NCBI RefSeq assembly: GCF_008000775.2
Contig: NZ_CP042905.2
Span: forward strand, 2,850,001-2,882,000
Length of the DNA: 32,000 nt
Source: Promethearchaeum syntrophicum
Lineage (GTDB): Archaea; Asgardarchaeota; Lokiarchaeia; Sigyniarchaeales; Promethearchaeaceae
Reading direction: 5' to 3'
Under the pieces are notes generated by a model that saw only the letters and a list, made by a program, of their open reading frames with translations, was not told the DNA's origin and did not search any database. This document shows, piece by piece, positions 1 through 8,396 of this stretch; within the stretch, counting starts at the first letter, position 1; each line of letters begins with the position of its first letter. A program made the position numbers and the translations under genes.

Positions 1-380
1 TTTTCTGAGGATTTATCTAAAGTTAAAATTATCCGATTAATGCTTGGAAGATATTGGTTCAGATCTACGGTTTTCTGTACTTTACTCATGAAATATACAT
101 TTTCTCCGAAGGTAAATATAATATTCTCTCGATCTGATTCTAAAATTAAATTATGGATGTCTTGAGTTTCTAATTCCGAGACGAGTTTCTCTCTTTTTAA
201 AATCAATTCCCATAAAACTGGAGAGATCAGTTTACCAGGAGTTAATTTTGGGATTTTTGAAGCAAGCACTATACCATATTTATTGATGATAGCTGTATCA
301 GTACCGATCATTTCGAAAATTTGGTCAACCACTCCATCCCAATTTATTTTATTGTCTGTATTTGGTGGATTTGCACTCAT
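1..380 (-). CDS. Roadblock/LC7 (MglB-like) domain protein; the C-terminal part runs off the window edge
   Basis: My own translation of the minus strand from the ATG at 378-380 gives MSANPPNTDNKINWDGVVDQIFEMIGTDTAIINKYGIVLASKIPKLTPGKLISPVLWELILKREKLVSELETQDIHNLILESDRENIIFTFGENVYFMSKVQKTVDLNQYLPSINRIILTLDKSSE. The frame stays open to position 1. It is absent from the supplied ORF track. The helix / strand-pair / helix pattern looks like a roadblock fold, judged by eye only. Confidence 0.55.
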   Translation of the reverse strand, partial: MSANPPNTDNKINWDGVVDQIFEMIGTDTAIINKYGIVLASKIPKLTPGKLISPVLWELILKREKLVSELETQDIHNLILESDRENIIFTFGENVYFMSKVQKTVDLNQYLPSINRIILTLDKSSE

Positions 381-676
381 TTTTTATAATTCCTTTTAAT
401 TGATTGTATATTTATGATTTAGATGTTAGATATTGTTATGATTTCCTTTATATATATATTATTTTTTTATTGCTAAGTAAGATTAGAACTCCAAGTTTTT
501 ATAATATCAAGCATGATTTTTTAGGACATTTTTACATTTATATAATTGAGTATATAAAAAATTTGAATTATTAAGGTGAAATAATTAATATAATCATAAA
601 AATTCTTTATAATTTGAAAAGAAACGATACGAAGTAGAAATTTTAATCTTAAAAAGTTAATCAAAGAGGAAAAAAA

Positions 677-1813
677 ATGGGTGATAAAGACTTAGAGAAT
701 ATTATCTCGAATATTGGACAGGAAGAATTGGCAGTAGCTCAAAAACAGGCTCAAATTGATAGACTTAAACAGCTGATCGTTAAGCAAAAAAATGAGATGG
801 CAGAACAGCAAAAAATTATCAAAGATTTAAATAATCGCATTCATAATATGTATGATTTACCCGCCGATGTTGAAGAATTAAAAAGAATGGTAGGTGAAAT
901 GCGTGCAGAAATCAATGATAAGGACTCACAACTTCAAATGGCATATGGAACTGTTGCAGAGCATGAAGCTGAACTGAGAAATCTAAGATTACAGATGGAT
1001 CCACTATCCAAAAATTTAGAGACTTATATTACTCAAGTCGGTGAAATAAAAGCAAAATTGGCAGAGCAAGAAGGCTTGTTAATGCTAAAAGAGAAAGATA
1101 TTCATGAATTAAAAACTAATTTAAGCAATAAACAGATGAATTTCGATAACATGGAAGAAGAATTTGCTAAAAAAGTTCAAGAACGACTAAAAGAATTCAT
1201 GGAAATCGAAGATAATTATCAAAAAAAAATTACAGAGATGCAGGAAGAACTACGCGAAAAAAGTATGACCTCCGACGAAGCACGTGTTAAAATTAAGGCA
1301 GAACTCCAAGAAGATGCTTTAAAAAATCAAACAGAATTTATGGATAAAATCAGAAAATTAGAATCCCAAGTAATGGATAAGGAAATTGAATCCAAAGAAG
1401 CGAAGCAAAAACTGGAAAACTCATTAAATCAAGTACAAGACATCAAACTAAAATTAGATACTCAAGTTGAAAAATATAATCAACTGCAAAAAGAATATTC
1501 TGTAATTAAGGATGAAATGGATACACGTGATGAATTTTATGCCGATTTAAAAGAATTTAAAGAACAGAATTTAGGTGTTTCATCAAATTTTTCCCGATTA
1601 ATGACTCTATTCGAACATGAACCACTCTTTAAAGCTTTTCTCTTAGTAAATGATGTTGGTGAAATGAATGTTGAAGATCTAAAAAATTCGTTGGGTGTGC
1701 CGAGTATAACTACAAAAAAATATGTCGATCAATTTATTAAAGCTGATTTATTTGTGTTAACCGATTCGGGCAAATTGTCACTTAAATATCCGATAAAGGT
1801 GAAGAAAAAGTAA
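677..1813 (+). CDS. Long coiled-coil protein with a probable C-terminal winged-helix domain
   Basis: 378-aa ORF. About 290 aa are E/K/Q/L-rich heptad-like sequence. The C-terminal ~70 aa (EMNVEDLKNSLGVPSITTKKYVDQFIKADLFVLTDSGKLSLKYP) resemble a wHTH. A GAGG motif lies 9 nt upstream of the ATG. Confidence 0.7.
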   Translation: MGDKDLENIISNIGQEELAVAQKQAQIDRLKQLIVKQKNEMAEQQKIIKDLNNRIHNMYDLPADVEELKRMVGEMRAEINDKDSQLQMAYGTVAEHEAELRNLRLQMDPLSKNLETYITQVGEIKAKLAEQEGLLMLKEKDIHELKTNLSNKQMNFDNMEEEFAKKVQERLKEFMEIEDNYQKKITEMQEELREKSMTSDEARVKIKAELQEDALKNQTEFMDKIRKLESQVMDKEIESKEAKQKLENSLNQVQDIKLKLDTQVEKYNQLQKEYSVIKDEMDTRDEFYADLKEFKEQNLGVSSNFSRLMTLFEHEPLFKAFLLVNDVGEMNVEDLKNSLGVPSITTKKYVDQFIKADLFVLTDSGKLSLKYPIKVKKK

Positions 1814-1880
1814 TTTACTGAATTTTTTTTTTTATTTTTAAGGAAGGCTGCTAGGTCTTCTGGTTAAAGTTTATTTTTTT

Positions 1881-1974
1881 CTTATTTCTGGTTTATATGT
1901 TCATTTTAGAACAAAGAATCTAATCTAAAATTTTTTAAATTAACGAATTTAGAATTAAATATAATCAATTATTT
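1881..1974 (+). repeat. Intergenic direct repeat, copy A (promoter/leader module upstream of the OppD-like gene)
   Basis: An ungapped hand alignment with 4329-4422 gives 76 of 94 identical positions. The core is AAAGAATCTAA-CTAAAATTTTTTAA...GAATTTA...AAATATAA-CAATTATTT. It contains a TATA-like AAAATTTTTTAA about 50 nt upstream of the ATG at 1989. Confidence 0.7.
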
Positions 1975-1988
1975 TGATATAAGTTGAG

Positions 1989-3251
1989 ATGAAGGTAATG
2001 AGTGAAACTTTGAATTATAAGCAATCTAACGAAAAGCAAGATATCGCAAATAAAACTAGTGAATTCCTTTTAGAGGTAAAAGATTTACGTACATACTTCT
2101 ATACAGAGGAAGGTGTAGTTAAAGCAGTTGATGGTGTTTCTTTTCAAATTAATCATGATGAGATACTTGGATTTGTTGGAGAAACTGGTTGTGGTAAAAG
2201 CGTAACAGCTTTATCTCTATTGAAATTAATCCGAACACCAGGAGAAATATTAAGCGGTGAAATTCTTTTCAATGGAGAAGATATTGTTAAAAAATCTGAA
2301 GACGAAATGTTGAAAATTCGAGGAAATTCAATAACAATGATATTCCAAGATCCTCTAAATTCTTTGAACCCAGTTATAAAAGTTGGAGACCAATTAGCTG
2401 AGGTTTATCTTTTACACCAAATGGAATACTTAGAAGATGAATTAGTCAAAGCTCGTGAGAAAAATAAACGTTTAAAAGAGAATATTAAACGTATGAAAAA
2501 AGAATTGAAAACAGGTTCTTCAGCGGGCTCTGAAACTCTGAAAAATCAGATAAAAGCATTAAAAGAACAAATTAAGTTTAGAATAACTATATTGGATATA
2601 GCCCACAAAGAATCTGCCGCTTTATTAGACAGAATTGGACTTCCAAATGCAGATACAATTATTAATCGATTCCCACATGAATTATCTGGGGGTATGCGTC
2701 AAAGAATTATGATTGCAATGGGTCTTGCATGTAATTCACAATTATTAATTTGTGATGAACCTACAACTGCTTTAGATGTCACCATTCAAGCACAAATCTT
2801 GGATATGATTCGAGAATTGAAGAGAAAACTGAAAAATTCTATTCTATTCATTACTCACTCTCTTGGAGTTATTTATGAGTTATGTGATCGAGTAGCTGTA
2901 ATGTATTCTGGGAATATCGTTGAATATGGAAAAGTTGAGGACATTTATAATAATCCAAAGCACCCATACACAAAAGGCTTAATGGCTGCAATTCCACGTG
3001 TATCAAAAGCATCTCGTGAATCGGAATTGATGATTATTCCTGGAATGGTTCCAAATTTAATATTCCCTCCACGTGGCTGCCGATTTCATCCAAGATGTGA
3101 CCATGCGATGGTAATATGCAAAAAGGTTAATCCTCCATTAAAAGATATGGAGAATAATGTCCAAGTTGCATGCCATCTTTATGATGAAGATAAATCTGAC
3201 CCAGAATTATATCGTAAATTAACAGAAAAGGAGAAAATGGAGGACATATAA
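1989..3251 (+). CDS. oppD: Oligopeptide/dipeptide ABC transporter ATP-binding protein (OppD/DppD type) with an internal coiled-coil insertion
   Basis: Walker A GETGCGKS, Q-loop MIFQDP, signature LSGGMRQR, Walker B LLICDEPTTALD, H-loop ITHSL. It has the OppD/F-type C-terminal HPYT...PPRGCRFHPRC region. Its TAA overlaps the next ATG (TAATG at 3249-3253). Confidence 0.9.
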   Translation: MKVMSETLNYKQSNEKQDIANKTSEFLLEVKDLRTYFYTEEGVVKAVDGVSFQINHDEILGFVGETGCGKSVTALSLLKLIRTPGEILSGEILFNGEDIVKKSEDEMLKIRGNSITMIFQDPLNSLNPVIKVGDQLAEVYLLHQMEYLEDELVKAREKNKRLKENIKRMKKELKTGSSAGSETLKNQIKALKEQIKFRITILDIAHKESAALLDRIGLPNADTIINRFPHELSGGMRQRIMIAMGLACNSQLLICDEPTTALDVTIQAQILDMIRELKRKLKNSILFITHSLGVIYELCDRVAVMYSGNIVEYGKVEDIYNNPKHPYTKGLMAAIPRVSKASRESELMIIPGMVPNLIFPPRGCRFHPRCDHAMVICKKVNPPLKDMENNVQVACHLYDEDKSDPELYRKLTEKEKMEDI

Positions 3252-4282
3252 TGACCAAAGCAACAGGAAAAATAAGAAATGTGTCTATGAAAGTACTTAA
3301 TAAAGAGTATGAGGGACCATTAATTACAGTAAAGAATTTAGCAGTAGATTATCCAATTATCGGCGGGATTTTTATGAGACAAATCGGAACAGTACAAGCT
3401 GTTCGAGATGTATCATTTTCCGTTTATCCTAACGAAACTTTAGGAATTGTAGGAGAATCAGGGTGTGGAAAAACAACTATTGCAAAAGCAATTTTGAATT
3501 TAGTCGAATCATCGAAGGGTGAAATGTATTATAAAGATGTCCGAATCGATAATAATATGAGTAAGAATAAGAATATTCGTCAAAAAATTCAAATGGTTTT
3601 TCAAGATCCGGATGCTTCTTTAAACCCTCGAATGAAAATTGTAGACATCATTGGAGAACCATTACGCAATCTAAGACCTACAATTAAAAATAATGAAATT
3701 CGTAAAATTGTATTAGATCTGTTAAATCAAGTATCAATGAAAAAAGAACATATGGATCGATTTCCCCATGAATTTTCCGGTGGACAGAAACAAAGAATCG
3801 TCATTGCTCGAGCTTTAGCTTGTGAACCAGATGTAATTTGTTTAGACGAACCTACCAGTGCATTAGATGTTTCTGTACAAGCTCAAATCTTGAACCTTCT
3901 TAAAGTATTACAAGAGAGACTAAATTTAGCATATATCTTTATAACCCATGATTTAAGCGTTATCCACCATATTGGAAGTCGAATTGCCGTTATGTATTTA
4001 GGTCTTCTTGTTGAGACAGGAACAATTGATGATATCTTTTACAATACATCTCATCCATATACTAGGGCATTATTATCAGCAAGACCGGCAGTAAATGCGG
4101 AAGAAAAACAACATAAGATTATATTAGAGGGAGAAATTCCATCACCTTCGAATCCACCAACAGGTTGCTCTTTCCATCCAAGGTGCCAAGAAAAAATGTT
4201 ACCCGAATGTAATAAAGAATCACCACATGAGACAATATTATCAGACACACATCATGTTTGGTGTTGGAAATTTGTTAAATAA
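3251..4282 (+). CDS. oppF: Oligopeptide/dipeptide ABC transporter ATP-binding protein (OppF/DppF type)
   Basis: Walker A GESGCGKTT, MVFQDP, FSGGQKQR, ICLDEPTSALD, ITHDL. The C-terminal region is HPYTRALL...PPTGCSFHPRC. It is translationally coupled to the upstream gene. Confidence 0.9.
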   Translation: MTKATGKIRNVSMKVLNKEYEGPLITVKNLAVDYPIIGGIFMRQIGTVQAVRDVSFSVYPNETLGIVGESGCGKTTIAKAILNLVESSKGEMYYKDVRIDNNMSKNKNIRQKIQMVFQDPDASLNPRMKIVDIIGEPLRNLRPTIKNNEIRKIVLDLLNQVSMKKEHMDRFPHEFSGGQKQRIVIARALACEPDVICLDEPTSALDVSVQAQILNLLKVLQERLNLAYIFITHDLSVIHHIGSRIAVMYLGLLVETGTIDDIFYNTSHPYTRALLSARPAVNAEEKQHKIILEGEIPSPSNPPTGCSFHPRCQEKMLPECNKESPHETILSDTHHVWCWKFVK

Positions 4283-4328
4283 TTTTTTTATTTCATTTTG
4301 ATTTTTTTTTAATCCGTTTTTCTAATTT

Positions 4329-4422
4329 CTTACTTCTGGTTTAGGAGTATACTTTCTAATAAAGAATCTAAACTAAAATTTTTTAAGATAAAGAATTTAA
4401 AGTAAAATATAAGCAATTATTT
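4329..4422 (+). repeat. Intergenic direct repeat, copy B (downstream of the OppF-like gene, upstream of the 4529 ORF)
   Basis: See copy A: 76 of 94 positions are identical without gaps. It follows T-rich terminator-like runs at 4283-4320. Confidence 0.7.
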
Positions 4423-4528
4423 CTTATCAAATTACATCCATAGGTGACATTACATTCCAGTAGGCATATTAGTTCTTAGGTGGGATAACGAAATTGGCCC
4501 GGTTTTAATAACAAGTTTCCCAGAAAAT

Positions 4529-4831
4529 TTGAAAATAACAAATAATCTTTTGACTCAAATTTATTCTGCTCACAGATATTCTTCTTTAACCCCGGGATTT
4601 TCTTCACTTACATTAAAAAATAATAAAGTCGTATCGTTCTTTTCTGGGTTGGGAGAAAAATATGTCGAAGTTGAGAATTATGTCGTCGCTTTACTACTTC
4701 GTCGTGATGAAAGTGTAGCAACATACCGCGCGATTTTAAATAAAATTGCAGCGAATATTTTAGGAAATATTGAAAATAATAAATACAAAAAACTAATTCC
4801 AAGACTTTACCAGGATTTAGCTAGAATTTAA
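4529..4831 (+). CDS. Small longin/roadblock-like alpha/beta protein; start uncertain because the frame is open from 4448
   Basis: The track ORF starts at a TTG. The same frame is open back to 4448 and encodes HYIPVGILVLRWDNEIGPVLITSFPEN. That stretch matches the N-terminus of the 24174 protein (LILVQWNVKTGPLNLVQFPPE). There is no in-frame ATG, GTG or TTG in 4448-4528. Confidence 0.6.
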   Translation: MKITNNLLTQIYSAHRYSSLTPGFSSLTLKNNKVVSFFSGLGEKYVEVENYVVALLLRRDESVATYRAILNKIAANILGNIENNKYKKLIPRLYQDLARI

Positions 4832-5037
4832 GCAAAATTAGAAGAGATTTGTTTAAAAATATTTTTTTTCATTCCATTTTAATATAGTTTTTATTAATTG
4901 TAATTCTTAAAAGTTCACACACTTCTCATTCCGAAATTTCAATAGGTGCTCGTTAGGAAATATCCGAAATATTTTTATTTTTTCATAAGTTTATTAAGAC
5001 GGATTAGAAAGCAATTTTATACAAAATTCAAATCCAT

Positions 5038-5174
5038 GCAGAGGTAGCCAAGCCTGGTCAATGCGATTGGAGAATCCCTTTCATGAACTTCTGATGGGTC
5101 AGACCGCGACTAACGGCGCCGGACTTAAGATCCGGTTCCATAGGGATACGTGCGTTCGAAGCGCACCCTCTGCA
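5038..5174 (+). tRNA. tRNA-Leu (anticodon UAA) with a ~50-nt insertion (intron) in the D-arm region
   Basis: Acceptor GCAGAGG (5038-5044) pairs with CCTCTGC (5167-5173), with discriminator A at 5174. D-arm start is GCC-AAGCCTGGTCAA, and the D-stem closes with GGC at 5115-5117. The anticodon arm is CCGGA-CTTAAGA-TCCGG (5119-5135), with TAA at 5126-5128. There is a long variable arm, TTCCATAGGGATAC. The T arm is GTGCG-TTCGAAG-CGCAC. Total length is 137 nt against about 86 nt expected for a class II tRNA. Confidence 0.85.
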
Positions 5175-5245
5175 TCTATTTTTTCTTTACTTCCTAATAT
5201 AAATTTTTAATGATAACGTAAATTAAGTGAATAACTAACATTAAA

Positions 5246-5899
5246 CTAGAAAGGGTTTGGTCTAATGTATCCACGTGAGAGAAACTCATAAATTATGTCT
5301 GCAATTAAATTTTTATCGATTTTCGTAATATTCAATGATTTAAACCACAGATCCCGCATTAAAATGCTACCAGATTCTTGCGATAAAGTTTGGGCAATTT
5401 TCCATATTTTCTTATAGTTTCCTTGTAATCGGGTTTTAGGAGTACCAAGATGATGGGGAAAATGATAGTTTAACTGAAAAATATCATTTACAAGCGCTTG
5501 AATGTTTTGCCCGTTCTTGGATTCATTAAAAAATATATCATTATCACCTTGATAATGGGAAAAAAATTGTTGCAGTTCATTTTCCCACCTGCTTTCAAAT
5601 CGAGCTGCAAATGCACTTAATGCTTCATCAGCAAATTCATTAGGTTTATTATCGAGAACGAGAATAATTTTAGTTAAATTCGAGGTAATTAGCAGCAAAT
5701 AGAATTGTTCAAACATTCCATGAACGATCTGCCCTTTGATCTGTCGAAATTGTATGTAGCCCCTATTAATATTAAATCGTATTTTTTCGATAAAAAGTGG
5801 ATCAAATGCAATACTTGGTGCAGATTCGAAATAAAGTAAACTTTGATTTTCATTGTGAAAAACAAGCAAATAATTAAAAGAGAGACTTACAGAAATCAT
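5246..5899 (-). CDS. Hypothetical protein, possibly with an N-terminal longin-like domain
   Basis: 217-aa ORF. The N-terminal pattern is YLLVFHNENQSLLYFES...IQFRQIKGQIVHGMFEQFYLLLITSN...ADEALSAFAARFESRW. This strand-strand-helix-strand-strand-strand-helix layout resembles the 4529 and 24174 proteins. Confidence 0.6.
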   Translation of the reverse strand: MISVSLSFNYLLVFHNENQSLLYFESAPSIAFDPLFIEKIRFNINRGYIQFRQIKGQIVHGMFEQFYLLLITSNLTKIILVLDNKPNEFADEALSAFAARFESRWENELQQFFSHYQGDNDIFFNESKNGQNIQALVNDIFQLNYHFPHHLGTPKTRLQGNYKKIWKIAQTLSQESGSILMRDLWFKSLNITKIDKNLIADIIYEFLSRGYIRPNPF

Positions 5900-6059
5900 A
5901 TGTTATGATAAAATATTGTGTTTTACTAATATAATAATATTCAATAAATTTTGTTCCTGCTAATGTCTATATTCAGTATATTTTTTGCTAATCGCAAAAT
6001 TCAATTTATTTTGAGGCTTCCGAGATTAGAGTAAACTTATATGATTGGATTAGATAAGT

Positions 6060-6218
6060 ATGGTGATGACAAAATACAATCCTCATACATGTAAATGGGA
6101 AAATGTTCCAGACAATTGGGTTATAAAATATAATCCACATAATAGAGAATGGAAATATGCGGCTCCAAAATCAAAATTAATGTATGATCCACATAATCAT
6201 AAATGGGATTATGTCTAA
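6060..6218 (+). CDS. 52-aa miniprotein with three Y(N/D)PHxxxW repeats
   Basis: My own translation gives MVMTKYNPHTCKWENVPDNWVIKYNPHNREWKYAAPKSKLMYDPHNHKWDYV followed by a stop. It falls below the size shown in the ORF track. The three 12-aa units recur with an 18-aa period and are also visible at nucleotide level. A TATA-like CTTATATG lies about 22-28 nt upstream of the two candidate ATGs (6060 and 6066). Confidence 0.5.
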   Translation: MVMTKYNPHTCKWENVPDNWVIKYNPHNREWKYAAPKSKLMYDPHNHKWDYV

Positions 6219-6267
6219 TCCTTTTACTGTAAAAAAATGGTTTACTAATTTGATTCTATTTAAAAAA

Positions 6268-7209
6268 TTAACTGTAGTCGATCATTTTTTCGATACTTAG
6301 TAAGGCTTTTTGTGCAATATGAGATGGAACTTTGACTTGAAATTGTTCCTCTTCTGGAGTTCCAATAGATTTAAGAGTAGTATAAATTTTTTCTAAGGTA
6401 ATTTTTTTCATATTTTCACAAAGCGATTTGGGATTAAGGGGAAAAAATTTTTTGGAAGGATTTTTCCAAATTAAATGATCCATTAATCCAATTTCAGTTC
6501 CGATTATATATCCAGCATCATTTTCATGCTCATGTACATAATTAAGCATACCAGATGTAGATCCAATGTAATCCGCCATTTGTTGCACTTCTGGAGGGGC
6601 TTCAGGATGAACTAAAAGTATAGCATTTGGATGAGTATTTTTAGCATTAACTACATCCATTTTGGTGAAAAGGTTATGGCGCGGGCAATTTCCAAGACCA
6701 GGAATCGATATGACCTTTAAATCGGTCCTATCTCTAACATAAGATGCAAGATTTTTATCAGGTCCAAATAAAATTGTGTCGGTATTATGTTCTTCAGCTA
6801 TTTTTTGTGAAATTTTAATTGCATTTGAAGATGTGCAGCAGATATCTGTATGAGCTTTTGTTTCTGCAGTCGTATTTACATATACCACAACTGGAATATC
6901 AGGATATTGGATTTTATATTTCTCAATATCGTCCCCCGATAAAAAATTCGCTAACGGACATCCCGCAGATTTATCAGGAGAAAGAATGGTTTTTGCAGGA
7001 TTTAATACAGATGCCGTTTCCGCCATAAATAAGACTCCTGCAAATAGAATATAGTCTGTGTCAACTTCATTTTTAGCGATCTTAGAAAGACCTAGAGAAT
7101 CTCCAATTCTATCGGCAATTTTATGAACTCCCAAAGGTGTATAATAATGTGCCAGAATTGTTACACCCTTTTCAGTTTTTAAAGCCGAGATTTTTTCTGA
7201 AATATCCAT
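6268..7209 (-). CDS. nadA: Quinolinate synthase
   Basis: 313 aa. It has the family-typical blocks ILAHYY, GDSLGLS, FAGVLFMAETASVLNP and CPLANF, plus conserved Cys positions (C..TSSNA, GNCPRHN). Confidence 0.9.
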   Translation of the reverse strand: MDISEKISALKTEKGVTILAHYYTPLGVHKIADRIGDSLGLSKIAKNEVDTDYILFAGVLFMAETASVLNPAKTILSPDKSAGCPLANFLSGDDIEKYKIQYPDIPVVVYVNTTAETKAHTDICCTSSNAIKISQKIAEEHNTDTILFGPDKNLASYVRDRTDLKVISIPGLGNCPRHNLFTKMDVVNAKNTHPNAILLVHPEAPPEVQQMADYIGSTSGMLNYVHEHENDAGYIIGTEIGLMDHLIWKNPSKKFFPLNPKSLCENMKKITLEKIYTTLKSIGTPEEEQFQVKVPSHIAQKALLSIEKMIDYS

Positions 7210-7344
7210 ATCCTACGATATAATAAGAAAAGAACAATTAAAACTGATTTGGTTAATATATATAGTTGTTCAAAAAAAATGCACAAACTTTTAAAATTCT
7301 GAGAAATTTATTTAATTAACATATAATATTAAAAAATGTGATAA

Positions 7345-8304
7345 ATGAATATGTCGAAGCATATAGGAAGTTGCGATGTTAACGAAGATAATTGCTATCA
7401 TGTAATTATAATTGGCGGAGGTCCTGCAGCAGTGTCTGCAGCTATATACTGCCATCGATTTGACCTAAAAGTATTGATGATCGGAGAAGAATTTGGTGGG
7501 GCTATAGCCAAAACTTATCTTGTTGAAAATTATCCCGGATTTTTTGAGACATCTGGATACGATTTGATGGAAGCTTTTCAGAAACATTATGAGTTTTTTA
7601 AAATCCCTTTTATTTTTGATACAGTAACAGAACTAAAACAAGACGCCGAACATGGTTTTGATATCCATACTTCTGGAGGATTATCTTACAAAGCTTGCAG
7701 TGTTATTATAGCAACCGGAACAAAATATAAAAAAATGAATGTTCCAGGAGAGACCGAACTCCATGGAAGAGGCGTATCTTATTGTGCTACTTGTGATGGC
7801 CCATTCTTCAGAGATAAAAATATTATAGTTGTAGGCGGTTCTGATAGTGCTGCTGTTGAAGCTCTTTTCTTATCTCGATTTGGTAAAAAGGTAAATATTG
7901 TTTATAGGCGTGAAAAAATTCGCGCAGAACCAATTAACATCACTCGAGTCGAATGTAATGATAAAATTGAAGTTATTAATAATACTGTCATAGCAAAGAT
8001 AAATGGAAAAGAAAAGGTTGAATCGGTTGAATTCGGAGACGGAACCATATTTCCGGCTGATGCAGTATTTATTGAGATCGGATCGATACCCCAATCAGAT
8101 ATTGTTAAGGAAATAGGTACAAATCTGAATGAAAAGGGAGAAATAATTGTAGATAAATACGCTCAGACTAATATTCCTGGTTTATTTGCAGCAGGGGATA
8201 TTACTGATATTCGCGAGAAACAAGTTATTACAGCTTGCGGACAAGCCGTTTCAGCATCATATTCCGTCAGAGAGTTCTTAACTGAGAATTTTTGCTTAGA
8301 TTAA
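7345..8304 (+). CDS. trxB: Thioredoxin-disulfide reductase
   Basis: FAD motif IIGGGPAAVSAA, redox-active CATCDG, second dinucleotide fold VVGGSDSAAVEA followed by VYRREKIRA, and C-terminal FAAGD. Confidence 0.9.
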   Translation: MNMSKHIGSCDVNEDNCYHVIIIGGGPAAVSAAIYCHRFDLKVLMIGEEFGGAIAKTYLVENYPGFFETSGYDLMEAFQKHYEFFKIPFIFDTVTELKQDAEHGFDIHTSGGLSYKACSVIIATGTKYKKMNVPGETELHGRGVSYCATCDGPFFRDKNIIVVGGSDSAAVEALFLSRFGKKVNIVYRREKIRAEPINITRVECNDKIEVINNTVIAKINGKEKVESVEFGDGTIFPADAVFIEIGSIPQSDIVKEIGTNLNEKGEIIVDKYAQTNIPGLFAAGDITDIREKQVITACGQAVSASYSVREFLTENFCLD

Positions 8305-8396
8305 GTAGAACTCAAGACTTAAGTAATTTTTTTTCAGATAATTTCTATTTCCTTTTTACTATTCCTGTAAAATTGCTAATTTTTCAAAATAAGAAA

